A stretch of DNA of 64,000 nt from Eledone cirrhosa (lineage: Eukaryota): NCBI GenBank assembly GCA_964016885.1, contig CAXHJY010001759.1, positions 31,617 to 95,616 on the forward strand, read 5' to 3'. A program made the position numbers and the translations under genes. Below, piece after piece: positions 13,779 through 28,528 of the stretch (position 1 is its first letter; each line of letters starts with the position of its first letter). The notes under the pieces were generated by a model, which made no database searches, was not told where the DNA came from, and saw only the letters and a list, made by a program, of their open reading frames with translations.

Positions 13779-13865
13779 TACTTAGCTACATACATTTGGA
13801 CATAGGTACCAACATGTGGGTACATTGATACAGACATAGGCACACACACACACATATATATATAT

Positions 13866-14455
13866 ATGCGCATGAAAGACGACAGCTGTATAAAAAAGTG
13901 CAGGGCAATAAAAATAGACGGTAGCCACGGAGTAGGCAGACCCAGAAAAACCTGGGACGACTTGATAAATTCCGACCTCACACACTTACATCTCTCCAAG
14001 ACAATGTCACTGGACCAAGATCTTTGGCGCTACACAGTAATACAGAAGACCTGCCTTGCCTAAGTACAAAGTGAAACCTACTACAGTCAGTAGGCACCTC
14101 TAACAAAAATACACCCCCGTCCCACTACCCTCACCCCATCAACACCACCCCTTTCACTGTAAAGTTACGTTGGTACCACAACATCCAGTCCGAAACAAAT
14201 GAGGTTGTGTAGGTGTCACAACAAAAAAAACACACAGTCCATGCTGTAATGTGGCCGTGTAGGTAACACGGTAAAAACTTCCCAGTCCACACTGTAAACG
14301 TGGTTGGTGTTAGGAAGGTCATCCAGCTGTAGAAAACCTGCCAGACAGTCCTATGAGAGCAAGACAACCACTTTTGCCTCAAGTGGGAAAACTCCCATCC
14401 AAACCCATGCAAGCGTGGAAGATGGACGTTAAACGATGATGATGATGATGATGAT
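13866..14455 (+). mobile_element. RTE-clade LINE 3' fragment (C-terminal ORF plus ~390-bp 3' UTR, (GAT)n tail)
   Basis: ORF MRMKDDSCIKKCRAIKIDG..GRPRKTWDDLINSDL..DQDLWR is the typical RTE C-terminus. Confidence 0.85.
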
Positions 14456-14529
14456 AGACATAGTTGAAAATGAACAAACAAAACACAGGGGGCAATTGTA
14501 CATGGTTATATTAGGTTCACGCTTGGTGG

Positions 14530-15012
14530 AAGTGGAGGGGGTTTCAACATTTCAGATAGAAGTCGTTCATCACACTTGGTGCTAGTGGATGAGGTTTTGA
14601 CATTTCAGACAGAGATACTTTGTCACAATTGGTGCAAGTGGATGAGGTTTTGACGTTTCGGACAGAAGTCCTACATGCATAAAGACATAGGCACATGCCT
14701 ATGGATATGTAGCAAAACTTATCCACACATTGACTCCCAGGTGACATTTAACAGTCATTTTCTAGGTTAGCTCCCTGTGGCACCAGTGGTCTGAGCTAGC
14801 AGGTCACGTTGGTGTGAAGACAAGATAGGTTCTCAAGGCTGTCGAGCGGGAACCTTCATACGGTGAACACGACAGAGTTTTGCTCTGGTCTCCGGCTGGA
14901 GACGCATTTTTTGTCTACCCATCATACCACTAGCAAGATGTCCATGGCAAAAATATTTTTTGTTGGTGAGTTTCGGGCCTCTGTTGATTGTCTGCTGCCA
15001 GTTCATCTTAGG
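14530..15012 (-). mobile_element. Highly decayed RTE/BovB-like LINE 3' fragment
   Basis: Frameshifted remnants resembling KIF.GHLASG..GRQK and a duplicated C..CD Cys motif. Confidence 0.35.
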
Positions 15013-15470
15013 ACATCCTCTTTACCTCTTTCCTTTGGGGTACCAATATAGGACCTGATTATCTTGGGACATCCTTTTCGTCTCTTTCCATGGGGGTACT
15101 CATACAGTACCTGATTATCTTGGGATGTTGTCTTCACCTCTTTCCGTGAGGGTACCAATACAGGACCTGGTTATCTTGGGATGTTGTCTTCGTCTCTTTC
15201 CATGGGCGTACCAATACAGGACCTGATTATCTTGTGACGTTCTATTTGTGTCTTTCCTTGAGGGTTGCAATACAGGACCTGATTACCTTGGGACATCTTT
15301 TTTGCCTCTTTCCTTGAGGTTTGCAATACAGGACCCCGATTGCCTTGGGATGTTCTCTTTACTTCTTTCCTTGGGGGTGCCAATACAGGGCCTGATTAGC
15401 TTGAGATGTTCTCTTCGCCTCTTTCTGTTGGGTGGGGTACTAATACAGGACCTTATTAGCTTGGGTGTTA
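15005..15470. repeat. ~56-bp tandem minisatellite, ~8 diverged copies
   Basis: ATACAGGACCTGATTATCTTGGGA recurs at ~56-bp spacing. Confidence 0.85.
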
Positions 15471-15923
15471 CATGTCACAACCAGCCGAGTCGATGCCCGC
15501 AAACACCAGCTTACTAATTTAAAAAAAACTTATTTTATTAAATTCATTCAAATGTTTGGTTTTCAAAATTAATTGAAACACATGGGCTGTGTACTTCATT
15601 AGAGATACAGTAATGAAAGGATTAATAAGTTATTTGAAATGAAGATTTTAGATTTCACCTTTGACCTGGGCCTAATACCAACAACACATGGGCTTCTACT
15701 TGGGGTCAGGGGTACATACAGACATTTTTTCCCCTTTTGGTGCCAGAAAAGAAATTGAATATTTTCTTTTTCTTTTCCTTTGTCTTTTATGTAGAGAAAT
15801 ACATTTCTTTGACATCACCTAAAAAATTTAGACAAGACATGTAGCTCTCTCTCTCTCTCAATATAGACACACATGTATGTGAGTTATGTATCTTAGATAT
15901 ATGCGTGTGTGTTTATATATGTA

Positions 15924-16163
15924 TGCGCATGGCTTAGTGGTTAGAGCATTGGATTGGGCTTGCAATCGAAAGGTTGTGAGTTCAATTCTCGGACTGGGTG
16001 ATGTGTTGTTTTCTTGAGCAAGACACTTTATTTCCCATTGCTCCAGTTTACTCAGCTGTAGAAATGAGATGATAGGACTGGGGTCCCTATCATTCCACTG
16101 CAAAGTGGTCGTGGAGGTGCCACAGCAAAAAAGCGCCCAGCCCACACTGTAAAGTGGACGTGG
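15924..16163 (+). mobile_element. SINE family A, 3'-truncated
   Basis: A and B boxes plus central box homologous to 541-880. Confidence 0.8.
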
Positions 16164-16496
16164 GGTTTATAACCCTCGGAGAAATGGAAAAAGATGAGTG
16201 TTGCCGTACAGTGTTTCGTCAGATAAAATAGGGAGACATGATATCATCATGCAATAACATTTGCGTTTTCGTCAGATAAAATATGTTGATTTAAAACTGC
16301 ACTATTCACAAGTGTGTTTTAACCTTCATATCATGTCTCCCTATTTTATCTGACGAAAACGCAAATGTTATTGCATGATGATATTTGTTTTTGAAATGCG
16401 CATAATAAAATACATGGAACTCTTTTAACCATCTTTTGATCTTATATATTATATATATATATATATGTATATATATAGACATATATATATATATCT

Positions 16497-16604
<108 letters not shown>

Positions 16605-16971
16605 GTGTATGTGTAGGTTTGTAACATATATGATGGCTTGGAACATTGCTTTCCTTCACCCTACTACCTCGTCCTCCTCCTCTTCTTCCTTATCCATCCC
16701 TTCAAAAGCAGGGAAGGGTGGCAGGGCAGGGTGTAGGGTATAGAGGTGGGGGTTGGGGGGGGGGTTGGAAGAAAGAGAGGTTTGGTATTTTATTGCTGTG
16801 AAGTAAGAAAGTAAAGCAGTGCTTAAACATGGTAGATATTTCTAGTTTCTCCTCCATCACTATCATCATCATCATCATCATCACTTCCATCATTGTCATC
16901 ATCATTATCATCATCATCATTTACCATCATCATGATTACCATCATTTTCACCATCATCACCATTACCATAA

Positions 16972-17395
16972 AGGGGTGGTGGATTGGCAGTATCGTTAGA
17001 GGGTTGGGCAACATACTTTTCAGCATAGAGTTATGGCCCTTTACGTTCTGAGTTCAAATCCTGCAGAGGTTAACTTTGCCTTTCATCCTTACGGGGTCGA
17101 TAAAATAAAGTACCAGTAATGCATTGGGGTAATTGCTGGCCTTGTGCCAAAAGTAGAAACAATTATTGTTACCATCATCATCATCATCATTACCATCATT
17201 ATTACATGGATTGGTAGTATCGGTAGAGGGTTAGATGCCATGCTTTGCAGCATAGAGATATGGCCCTTTACGGTCTGTATTCATCTCCTGCCAAGGTTAA
17301 CTTAGTTTTTTATCCTGACGGGGGTCGATAAAATAAAGTACCAGTAATGCACTGGGATAATTGCTGGCCTTGTGCCAAAAGTAGCAACAATTATT
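16972..17395 (+). mobile_element. Two tandem SINE family B copies
   Basis: Homology to 5988-6176. Confidence 0.8.
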
Positions 17396-17454
17396 ATTAC
17401 CATCATCATTAACATTGTCACAATTTTCATGGTCATCATCATCATCATCATCAT

Positions 17455-17910
17455 CACAATTTTGCATTTCATAGGAGATTTCTTTGGTATTTTATTGATA
17501 AGGGCTCTGGCCTTATCAGGTTGTTGTTGCAGGTTTAGCTGGCCTCATACAAAGTCTGCAATTCATAGGAGGTTTCTAGGATGTGTTAATGATAAGAGCC
17601 CACTCCTATATATTGTTACATCCCACAACTGATCTCATACAATTTTGCATTTCATAGGCGATTACTTGGGTCTTTTATTGACAGGGGACCTGGCCTAACC
17701 ATGTTTTTACAGATCATACCTATGTAGGTTTAGCTGGCCTCATACAATTTTGCATTTCATAGGAGGTTTCTAGAGTGTTTTAGTGATAAGAGCCCCAGTC
17801 ATGTCATGTTGTTACAGCTCATAGCCATGGTTTAGTTAATTTACCAGGCTGCATTTCATAGAAAATTTATTAGGTGTTTTATTGATTAAGGCTCCTTGTC
17901 CTATCATGAA
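17455..17910. repeat. Diverged ~80-110 bp tandem repeat (CAATTTTGCATTTCATAGGAG..)
   Basis: About five related units; a related unit lies near 53285-53350. Confidence 0.65.
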
Positions 17911-19309
17911 AAGCAACATGAAATGAAGTATCTTGCTCAAGAACATGATGGACCACTCAGTTTAGAAATTGAACCCATGGACTTATGGTTGTGAGTCAAA
18001 CACACTAACCACTAGGCCATGCACTTTCACATTGGCAGAATTGTTAAAGTATTGGAAGTGATGCCTTTCAGTATTTGTTCCACCATTTTGTATTGCATCT
18101 TTCTAAATGGTCTTTCACTTGGGTTGATTTAACCCTTTAGCATTTAAACCGGCCATACCTGGCTAGAATTCTCTCACCTCTTTCTTTTCAAACCGGTCAT
18201 AACTGGCCACTCATACCGATGTTAACGTATTGTTCTCAAAATAAATATAGAAATCTCATAGGTGAGGTAATTGAGATAAAGCTTTTTCTGTGAAAATACA
18301 ATAGTAATTACTATTGAAGAAATCGTTGTGGACATTGTCAGTATTAGAGTAAAAACTTCCATTTTTTTTAACGCGATGAAGTTATAGTGTTGTTTTGTAC
18401 TTTTCAAGACTGTCTTGCTGATGTTGTTTCATGTGGTTTATTAATTCAAATGTTTATAGTATCTTTACTAGTTGACAGATTATTGTGAAAATTTATTGAA
18501 TTAGAACATGCATGGGCAACCTTTTTCGAGAAGGGGGCCGCAAGCGCTAATTTACATTCGTGCCCACATTTTAAAAAAAGGGGTGGTAATTCAGATTATT
18601 TTGATTTGTTTCTTGAGAATTTGTACACGTTGTTTTCCTCGATCGTAAACATGATAGAAAGATAAATTACGACTGAAAAGTTGGGGTAAAAAAGTCAGAA
18701 AGATTTCACTTTGGTGACTTAGGCGAACCATTCAGCTTACTCATGACTGTATTAAAGTAATGGCTTCAATTTTGTTTAATGTAGTGTAATTATAGTGTTG
18801 TTCAGTACTTTTCAAGAATGTCTTGTTAATGCGGTTTCATGTGGTACAGGATGTTAAGAGTCAATAATTATTGTTTGTTTTTTTTCCGCTGTAATTGTTG
18901 TTGTTGTACATCCATTGATTCCAAAAATTGCTGGATCAGTACTAACCTGGAATTAAACAACAACTACCCTCACCACCATAACAACTGGAACAACCACCAA
19001 CCACTATCACAACAACCACAACTACAGCAACTCATAGAAGCATGAAAAACTGAAACTCTGTAATTTGTCAGTCTTGTGTGCCAAATAATGTCTTGGAGAT
19101 TGGCCAAACCAATTCTAGAGATAGAATTTCTTCATTCTGGTTTCGTTATTTTTTTCCATTTTGTTTCCTTATTCCATCCATCATGTTGGTTTAAATGGAG
19201 TTCAAAATTTGTTAACAAAGATGTTTATAAATATATCTTCCATCCTTGGATTAATTTGTTGGAGAGTAAATTATAGCGGACTTGAGCAAAGGATAAACTG
19301 GTTATATTC

Positions 19310-20550
19310 GTTAACTCTCTTGATATCAATCTCCCTGAAACCTTCCCTGGTTCTATGATACAAAACTGCTGTATATTTTAAAGTATTCGTATTTATCTGA
19401 AAACCTTCCACTAGAAACCACCCATGGTTCTATGATTCAAAACTTTATTTTAAAGGGTTTACATTTCTCTAAAAATCTTCCATTATAATTTTATCCAAGA
19501 ACCTTTGTTAAGTTATGTTCCAACCACTCTTGGCTCTATGACACAAAGCGGAGGTCTGAGTTCAAATTCCGCTGAGGTTTGCTTTGCCTTTCATCCTTAC
19601 GAGGTCAATAAAATATAGCACCAGTAATTACTTTAAAATGTTTACATTTTAAACCTATCATAATTTTATGTAAGAACTTTTGTTAAGTCGTGTTCCAAAC
19701 ACCTCTGGTTCTATGATACAAAGCTGTTTATTTTAAAGTGTTTATATTTATCTAAAAACCTTCTATCATAATTTTATGTAAGAACATTTGTCAAACAATG
19801 ACACCAACTCACCTGAAATTGCTTTCAGTTTTATGATACAAAACTTTATTTTACAGTGTTTATATCTAAAAAAAATTCTATTATTATTTTATATAAGAAG
19901 TTTTTAATAAGTTCTTTTCCAAACAACAACTTAATAATGAGTTTGTTCGTTATATTTCTAAATGATTCAAGATTCTTGATTGTTTTCAAAATTATTTGGA
20001 AATTATAGGCTGTGTCTTTCATTAAAAATATAATAATTGTTTCTACTCTAGGCACAAGGCCAGCAAATTACCCAGTACATTACTGGTACTTTATTTTATC
20101 GACCCTGTAAGGATGAAAGGCAAAGTTAACCTCGGCGGGATTTGAACTCAGACTGTTAAAAATATAATAATGAAAGGATTCAAGTGTTTCTATTTATCTA
20201 AAACCTTTCACCATAATTTTATGTAAGAACCTTTGTTATGTTCTAGACACCAGTTTAAGAGTAAAATTATATTACTTAAACCCCCTCCAAATTCTTGATT
20301 ATTTTCAAAATTATTTGCAAACCACCAGCAATGTCTTTCATTAAAAATGTATTAATGAAATGGTTCAAGTGTTTATGTTTATCTAAAACCTTCCATTATA
20401 ATTTTCTGTAAAAACTTTTATTTTCCAAACTTTGACTTCATGATGAGAAAGTTATATTACTAAAATCATTCCTAATTTTTGATTCTTTTCAAAATTGCTT
20501 TGAAAATTATAGTCAGTGTCTTCCATTAGAAATATGGTAAGGAATGGGTG
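19310..20550 (+). repeat. Tandemly amplified fragments of an AT-rich non-autonomous DNA-transposon-like family, with embedded SINE B pieces
   Basis: Recurrent GGTTCTATGATACAAAACT..TTCCATCATAATTTTATGTAAGAAC; related copies at ~32680, 42950-43190, 43640-43790 and 53010-53210. Confidence 0.55.
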
Positions 20551-20554
20551 AAGC

Positions 20555-20742
20555 CAGGCATGTCAAACATGCAGCCCCTTACAAGCACACCTGCGGCTCG
20601 CACAAAGGTTTTTACAACGTGAGCATGTTTTATCTTCGTAAAATTAGTTGTAATGTGCGCAATTAGTGGTCGTGTGTGGCCCTCAGACAACACATGTGTG
20701 ACCCATGTGGTCCTCGGGGGGACCCTCAGTTTGACATGCCTG
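20555..20742. mobile_element. hAT (Charlie-like) MITE
   Basis: 14-bp TIRs CAGGCATGTCAAAC / GTTTGACATGCCTG; 8-bp TSD GGTGAAGC / GGTTAAGC. Confidence 0.85.
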
Positions 20743-21079
20743 GGTTAAGCATTCTCCATCCTGTTGGATGGGACCCAGAGGCAGAGGCTAAGTTAGTTGG
20801 TAGTGGAGGACACTCATTCGGATGTCACTTTCACACATGTATTGAGTGCTTTTTTTTAAACTGTTGTATTTATTCATATAGTTATTGTTTATGTTTTTTG
20901 ATCTTTTCTCTTACTGAAACTCTAGAACATGAATGGTATTTATTTGTATTCGATTCCGAGGAGTTATTCTAACTGGAATGGAATATTCTTGTTAGAATTA
21001 CTGGTGTCACGCAGTAATACAGAGTACCCGACCTCCCATGGGTACAAGCTGAAGCATAGAGACAATATGCCCCCACACA

Positions 21080-21350
21080 CCCCACTGCAAGGTGGTCGTG
21101 GAGGTGCCACGGCAAAAAAGCACCCAGCCCACACTGTAAAGTGGACGTGTAGGCGCCACGAAAAAGCACCCAGCACTCACTGTAAATGAGGTTGGTGTTA
21201 GGAAGGGCATCCAGCTGTAGAAATCAAGCCAAATCAGTTCCTGTATGAGCAAGGCATGGTCAGCCGACCAGACACTGCCCACAACAGGACAACCCATCTA
21301 ACCCATGCTAGCGTGGAAGAACGGACATAAAACGGTGATGATGATGATGA
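21080..21350 (+). mobile_element. SINE family A 3' half with RTE-type tail
   Basis: Homologous to 34771-35050(-). Confidence 0.75.
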
Positions 21351-21564
21351 GTCTAACGAAACGGTGGCATATTCGATGTTAATTAGAGAGCATCTCCATA
21401 TTGGAAGGAATTATTTCTCTGGCTCCAAACTTCTTGCTTTGGATAAAAACCCTGGCACTACCAATCCCGATACAGACAACAGAAGATGTCTGAAAAATTG
21501 GGACTTGACTGATTGCTTTCTCTCTCTGCTTTTTACTAGCGTTGAGTCTACCTTGTGTCCTTGA

Positions 21565-23400
21565 CCACCACCAACACCACCACCACACCACCACTACCAC
21601 TAACACCACCACCACTACAAGTAATATCACCAACACCACCACCACCACACCACCACTACCACTAACACCACCACCACTACAAGTAATATCACCACCACCA
21701 CCACCACCACACCACCACTACCACCAACACCACCACCACTACAAGTAATATCACCAACACCACCACCACCACACCACCACTACCACCAACACCACCACCA
21801 CTACAAGTAATATCACCAACACCGCCACCAGCACACCACCACCACCACCAACACCACCACCACCACTACAAGTAATATCACCAGCACTACCACCACTACC
21901 AGTAATATCAACAACACCACCATCACACCAGCACTACCACCACTACCAGTAATATCAACAACACCACCACCACCATCACACCAGCACTACCACCACTACC
22001 AGTAATATCAACAACACCACCACCACCATCACACCAGCACTACCACCACTACCAGTAATATCAACAACACCAACACACCACCACTACTATCAACACCAAC
22101 ACACAACTACACCGCCACCATTACACCACCAGCCCCACATGACAACCTCCACATCCAACATTATCACTACCATCATTACATCACCACCACCTCACTATCA
22201 TCATCACTGCTACCACCACCACCACCATACCACTACTCCCACCATCATACAACTACCACCACCATCACCACTACCACTACCACACCACTACCACACCACT
22301 GCTCCCACCATCATACCACCACCATACCACTACTCCCACCATCATACAACTACCACCACCATCACCACTACCACCACCATCATCATACCACTACTCCCAC
22401 CATCATACCACTACCACCACCATACCACTACTCCCACCATCATACCACCACCATACCACTACTCCCACCATCATACCACCCCCACCACCATACCACTACT
22501 CCCACCATCATACAACTACCACCACTATCACCACTACCACCACCATACCACTGCTCCCACCATCATACCACCACCACCACCATACCACTACTCCCACCAT
22601 CATACCACCCCCACCACTATACCACTACTCCCACCATCATACAACTACCACCACCATCACCACTACCACCACCATACCACTGCTCCCACCATCATACCAT
22701 ACCACTACTCCCACCATCATACAACTCCCATTACCATCACCACTACCACCACCATACCACTGCTCCCACCATCATACCACCACCACCACCACCATACCAC
22801 TACTCCCACCATCATACAACTACCACCACCATACCACTACTATTGGACAGCCACTACTACACCATCACAAAGTCCACCACCACATTACTACTACATCAAC
22901 ACCACAGCCACACCACTATAGCATTACTACTGCTGCCATCACACCACTACCACCACCACCACACCACTACCACCACCATCACCACTACCACCATACCATT
23001 ACTACTGTGGCCACCACCATCACCACTGCCACTCCCACCACCACACCACTACCTCCACCACCATCATACCACCACCACCACCACCACCACTACCACCACT
23101 ACACCACCACACCACTACCTCCACCACCATACCATTACTATTGTGGCCACTCCCACCACCACACCACTACCTCCACCACTATCATACCACCACCACCACT
23201 ACCACCACTACACCACCACACCACTACCTCCACCACCATACCATTACTACTGTGGCCACCACCATCACCACTGCCACTACCATCACTACACCACTCCCAC
23301 CACCACACCACTACCTCCACCACCACCACTACCACCACCACCACAATCACCACCACCACCACCACCATACCACTACTACTGCTGCCACTACTATAACATT
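21565..23400. repeat. (CAC/CAT/TAC)n compound micro/minisatellite
   Basis: Directly visible. Confidence 0.95.
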
Positions 23401-23684
23401 ACTATCAGGTTTGATGTGTGGAATCTGCTACTTCTACCATCTCTCTCAGCCACCACCGACCCCACCCTACCCTTTCACCCCATCCCTTCACCTCATCCCT
23501 TCCCTCTGCTCCTCCACCCTGTCCCTTCTACAACATACACAGAAACACACACTACACCTTTTAGCCTCACCCTATCCCTCTTTCCAGTAGTTATCTTTAA
23601 AGTTCTTGTCTGAAACCTAAACCCCTAAATCTACCCCTCCCCTTTTTTATTATTATTTGTATATATCTCTCTCTCTCTCTCTCT

Positions 23685-23884
23685 CACACACTCTCTCTCC
23701 CTGTCTCTCTCTCTCCCTAATCTGATATCACTCTAAACTCCTTAAAAAAATCCTCCCTGAAGTTTTGGGTTCCAAGGGACTTTAAAGTTATTTATTCAAT
23801 CAACTCTCTCTGTTCCTGTCTTCTTCTTCTCTCTCTCTCTCTCTTCTTAAAACTCTATCTCTCCCTCTCTCTCTGTCTTCTTAA

Positions 23885-23920
<36 letters not shown>

Positions 23921-24409
23921 TCTTAAGGCTATCTCTCTCTCTCTCTCTCTCTGTCTGTCTTCTTAAAGCTCTATCTCTCCCTCTCTTTCTCTCTCTCTCT
24001 GTCTTCTTAAGGCTTTCTCTCTCTCTCTCCTTAAAGCTCTATCTTTCCCTGTCTCTCTCTCTCTGTCTTCTCAAGGCTCTATCTCTCCCTCTCTCTCTCT
24101 CTCTCCTTAAGGCTCTCCCTCTATCTGTCTCCTCCTTAGGTCTCTCTCTCTTCTCCCCCTTAAGGCTTTTTATTTCTCTCTCTCCCTCTCTCTGTCTTCT
24201 TCTCCTTAAGGTTTTCTCAGATATTTTTTCACTTTCTTCATCTCCCTCTCTTTTTTCCTCTCCTTCTCTTTGGGTCTCTCTCTACCCCTCCGCCCACCAC
24301 ACACACACACACATACAAACAAACAAGCAACACACAGCACACACACACACCATAAATACATACATAGGCATACAACAGATACACAGAAAGATATACAAAT
24401 ATGTAAAAA

Positions 24410-24450
<41 letters not shown>

Positions 24451-24780
24451 GAGAGAGAAAGCCTTAAGAAGACAGAGAGAGAGAGAAAGCCTTAAGAAGA
24501 CACAGACAGAGAGAGAGAGAGAGAGAAAGCCTTAAGAAGACAGAGAGGGAGAGATAGAGTTTTAAGAAGAGAGAGAGAGAGAAGAAGAAGACAGGAACAG
24601 AGAGAGTTGATTGAATAAATAACTTTAAAGTCCCTTGGAACCCAAAACTTCAGGGAGGATTTTTTTAAGGAGTTTAGAGTGATATCAGATTAGGGAGAGA
24701 GAGAGAGACAGGGATAGAGAGTGAGAGAGAGAGAGAGAGACAGGGATAGAGAGTGTGAGAGAGAAAGAGAGAGAGAGAGC
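23685..24780. repeat. Large inverted repeat; unique ~115-bp core identical in both arms (~23714-23829 vs ~24581-24696)
   Basis: CCCTAATCTGATATCACTCTAAACTCC..TTCCTGTCTTCTTCTTC and its exact reverse complement. Confidence 0.9.
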
Positions 24781-24949
24781 GAGTTTTAGCAGATTATTTG
24801 AAATTAATCTTCTCCTCTGCTATAAAATTGAAAATTGGATCTGTTTTACCCTCCCACCCACCCCTAAAATAGAGACAGTAAATAAACAAGTGAAAAACAA
24901 AATAGAAAAAAACCCCCAAACAAACAAACATTACATACAAAATAAACAA

Positions 24950-26492
24950 GCCACCCCATATCTACCCCCAGCCATCACATCCTCCTACCTAGCCATCGCA
25001 TCCAGCCACCCAGCACTACATCCATCTACCCAGCCACCCAGCACTACATCCATCTACCCAGCCACCCATCACCACAACCATCCACCCAGCCACCCATCAC
25101 ATCCATCCCTCCAGCCATCACTTCCACCACATCTACCACATCCACCCAGACACCACATCCATCTACCCAGCCATCACAACATCCACCCATCACATCTATC
25201 CACCCAGCCACCCCTATATCTATCGAGCCAACACTTCCATCACATTTACCCAGCCACCACATATCTACCCAGCCATCACAACCATCTACCCAGTCATCAC
25301 ATCCACCCATCACATCTATCCACCCAGCCACCCCTATATCCATCAAGCCAACACTTCCATCACATCTACCCAGCCACCACCAAGTCATCATACCTACATA
25401 GCCATCACATCCAGTCAGCACATTTGCCCATCCACCCATCCATTCATCCACCCATCATCCATCCATCACATCCACCCATCATCTACCCATCACATCCACC
25501 CATCATCCACCCATCACATCCTCCCATCACATCCACCCATCATCCACCCATCATCCACCCATCACATCCAGCCATCACATCCAGCCATCACATCCACCCA
25601 TCATCCACCGATCATCTACCCATCACATCTACCCATCACATCCACCCATCACATCCACCCATCATCCACCCATCATCTACCCATCACATCCACCCATCAT
25701 TTACACCCATCATCTACCCATCACATCCACCCATCATCCAGCCATCACATCCACCCATCATCTACCCATCATATCCACCCATCATCCACCCATCATCTAC
25801 CCATCACATCCACCCATCATCCACCCATCACATCCTCCCATCATCTACCCATCATATCCACCCATCATCCACCCATCATCCACCCATCACATCCACCCAT
25901 CACATCCACCCATCACATCCACCCATCACATCTACCCATCATCCACCCATCACATCCACCCATCATCCAGCCATCACATCCACCCATCATCCACCCATCA
26001 CATCCACCCATCACATCCACCCATCACATCCACCCATCATCTACCCATCACCACCCATCATTCACCCATCATCTACCCATCACATCCACCCATCATCCAC
26101 CCATCATCTACCCATCACATCCACCCATCATCCACCCATCATCTACCCATCACATCCACCCATCATCCACCCATCACATCCTCCCATCATCTACCCATCA
26201 CATCCACCCATCACATCCACCCATCACATCCACCCATCACATCTACCCATCATCCACCCATCACATCCACCCATCATCCACCCATCACATCCACCCATCA
26301 CATCCACCCATCACATCCACCCATCACATCCACCCATCATCCACCCATCACATCCACCCATCATCCACCCATCACATCCACCCATCACATCCACCCATCA
26401 CATCCACCCATCACATCCACCCATCATCCACCCATCACATCCACCCATCATCCACCCATCATCTACCCATCACATCCACCCATCACATCCAC
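24950..26492. repeat. (CATCCACCCAT[CA])n minisatellite
   Basis: Directly visible; explains the 589 aa H/P/S ORF. Confidence 0.95.
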
Positions 26493-26564
26493 CCCCTCCA
26501 AACACCTCACCCCCAGGGGCCTAAAGCCTTGTGTATATATACTTCCATCCCTTCTGGAATTTCT

Positions 26565-26643
26565 GCTGCTACTACTACTATTACTACTACTGTTGTTACT
26601 ACTACTACTACTACTGCTACTAAGACTACCTTTTTCACCACTG

Positions 26644-26679
<36 letters not shown>

Positions 26680-26700
26680 AGACTACCTTTTTCACCACTG

Positions 26701-26736
<36 letters not shown>

Positions 26737-26808
26737 AGACTACCTTTTTCACAACTGCCACTACTACTACTACTACTACTGCTACTAAGACTACCTTTTT
26801 CACCACTG

Positions 26809-26853
<45 letters not shown>

Positions 26854-26874
26854 AGACTACCTTTTTCACCACTG

Positions 26875-26941
<67 letters not shown>

Positions 26942-27000
26942 CTTTTTCACCACTGCCACCACCACTACTACTACCACTACCAATACAACTACTTCCACCA
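26565..27000. repeat. Minisatellite of constant TAAGACTACCTTTTTCACCACTGCCAC units separated by variable-length (ACT)n
   Basis: About six units visible. Confidence 0.9.
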
Positions 27001-27134
27001 GTAGTAGTAGTAATAGTAGTAGTCCCATGTGTTCCCATCAATTAGCAGTGACTGTCAACACCCCCTCCCCTCCCCTCCAGTGAAACACTAAACTGCACTA
27101 AAACCCTGTTTTTTTGCATTAGTCTTTTTTTTAG

Positions 27135-27600
27135 CAGAACACCACCTCTCTTCCATCACCCCCCAGAACACCACCCCTCCTCTATTGTCCCTTCAGAACA
27201 CCATCCCTCCCTCTATCCCCCCCCCCGAACACTAAACCCCACCCCCCACCTCATCCACCCCCACCCCCAACAAAAACACTACTCCCCATCACCCCCAGAA
27301 CACTATCCCTCTTCCACCTCCTCCATCACCCCCCAGAACACTACCCCTCTTCAACCTCCTCCATCACCCTCTCAGAACACTACTCCTCTTCCACCTCCTG
27401 CATCACCCCCCCTGAACACTACCTCCCCCCCGAACACCATCTCCCCCCCCCAGAACACTACCCCTCTTCCACCTCCTCCATCACCTCCCCCAGAACACCA
27501 CTCCATTAACCCCCCCCCAGAACACCACCTCTCCTCCACCACCCCCATCAGAACACCCCCACCCCCCAGACACCTCTGCTAACCCCCCAAATCCTACCCC
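27135..27600. repeat. C-rich degenerate minisatellite (CCCCCAGAACACTACCCCTCTTCCACCTCCTCCATCA)
   Basis: CAGAACAC anchor recurs; the minus strand is G-rich. Confidence 0.8.
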
Positions 27601-28432
27601 CCTCACGTCTCTCCTCCCACTGCTCCTCCCAGCATCCCTACATCATGCTAACCTAACTTTGCCATGCCAAGCTAAGGAGCCAAAAAATCCCATCTCCCAT
27701 ATTATTTCTCTCCAAAGGGATATATATACATATATATATACATTTATATGTATATATGTATATATATGTAATGTATACATGTATGTATATAAATAAATGT
27801 ATGTATATATATATATATGTATGTATATAAATGTATGTATGTATATATATATGTATGTATATATATATATATGTATGTATGTATATATATATATGTATAT
27901 AAATGAATGTATGTATCTATATATATGTAATGTATACATGTATGTATATAAATGAATGTATGTATATATATATATGTATGTATATAAATGAATGTATGTA
28001 TATATATATGTATGTATATAAATGAATGTATGTATATATATATATATATGTATGTATATAAATGAATGTATGTATATATATGTAATGTATACATGTATAT
28101 ATATAAATGTATGTATGTATACATGTATGTATGTATATATATATATATCCGCAATTGGGATTTAACAAATCTCCCCCTCTCTCTTGCTCATTCTCTCTCT
28201 TGCTCGTTCTCTCTCTCTATATAATGTGTGTAACTGCTCTTTTTCTCTGAAAAAATATACATACATGTATACACACAAACACCTTTCTATATACATGTAT
28301 ACACACAAACACCTTTCTATATACATTCATACAGAAGCACACATGCCCACACCCATATATTTATATATAATATATATATTACACACACACACACATATGT
28401 TTATATATACATAGGTAATATATATACATAGG

Positions 28433-28468
<36 letters not shown>

Positions 28469-28474
28469 ATAATA

Positions 28475-28528
<54 letters not shown>

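Noticed and set aside
15924-16000. Possible tRNA gene
   Set aside because: A and B boxes are present but continue into a multicopy SINE body, with no acceptor-stem closure.
20955-21002. CCGAGGAG plus ATTCTAAC/GTTAGAAT stem
   Set aside because: Core mutated and no GAAA; cannot be called a ribozyme.
26600-26960. Constant repeat with variable spacers (CRISPR-like look)
   Set aside because: Spacers are only (ACT)n length variants.
22139-27083. H/P/T/S-rich mucin- or extensin-like ORFs (260, 256, 589, 192 aa)
   Set aside because: Simple-repeat translations open in several frames, with no supportable splice or signal-peptide context.
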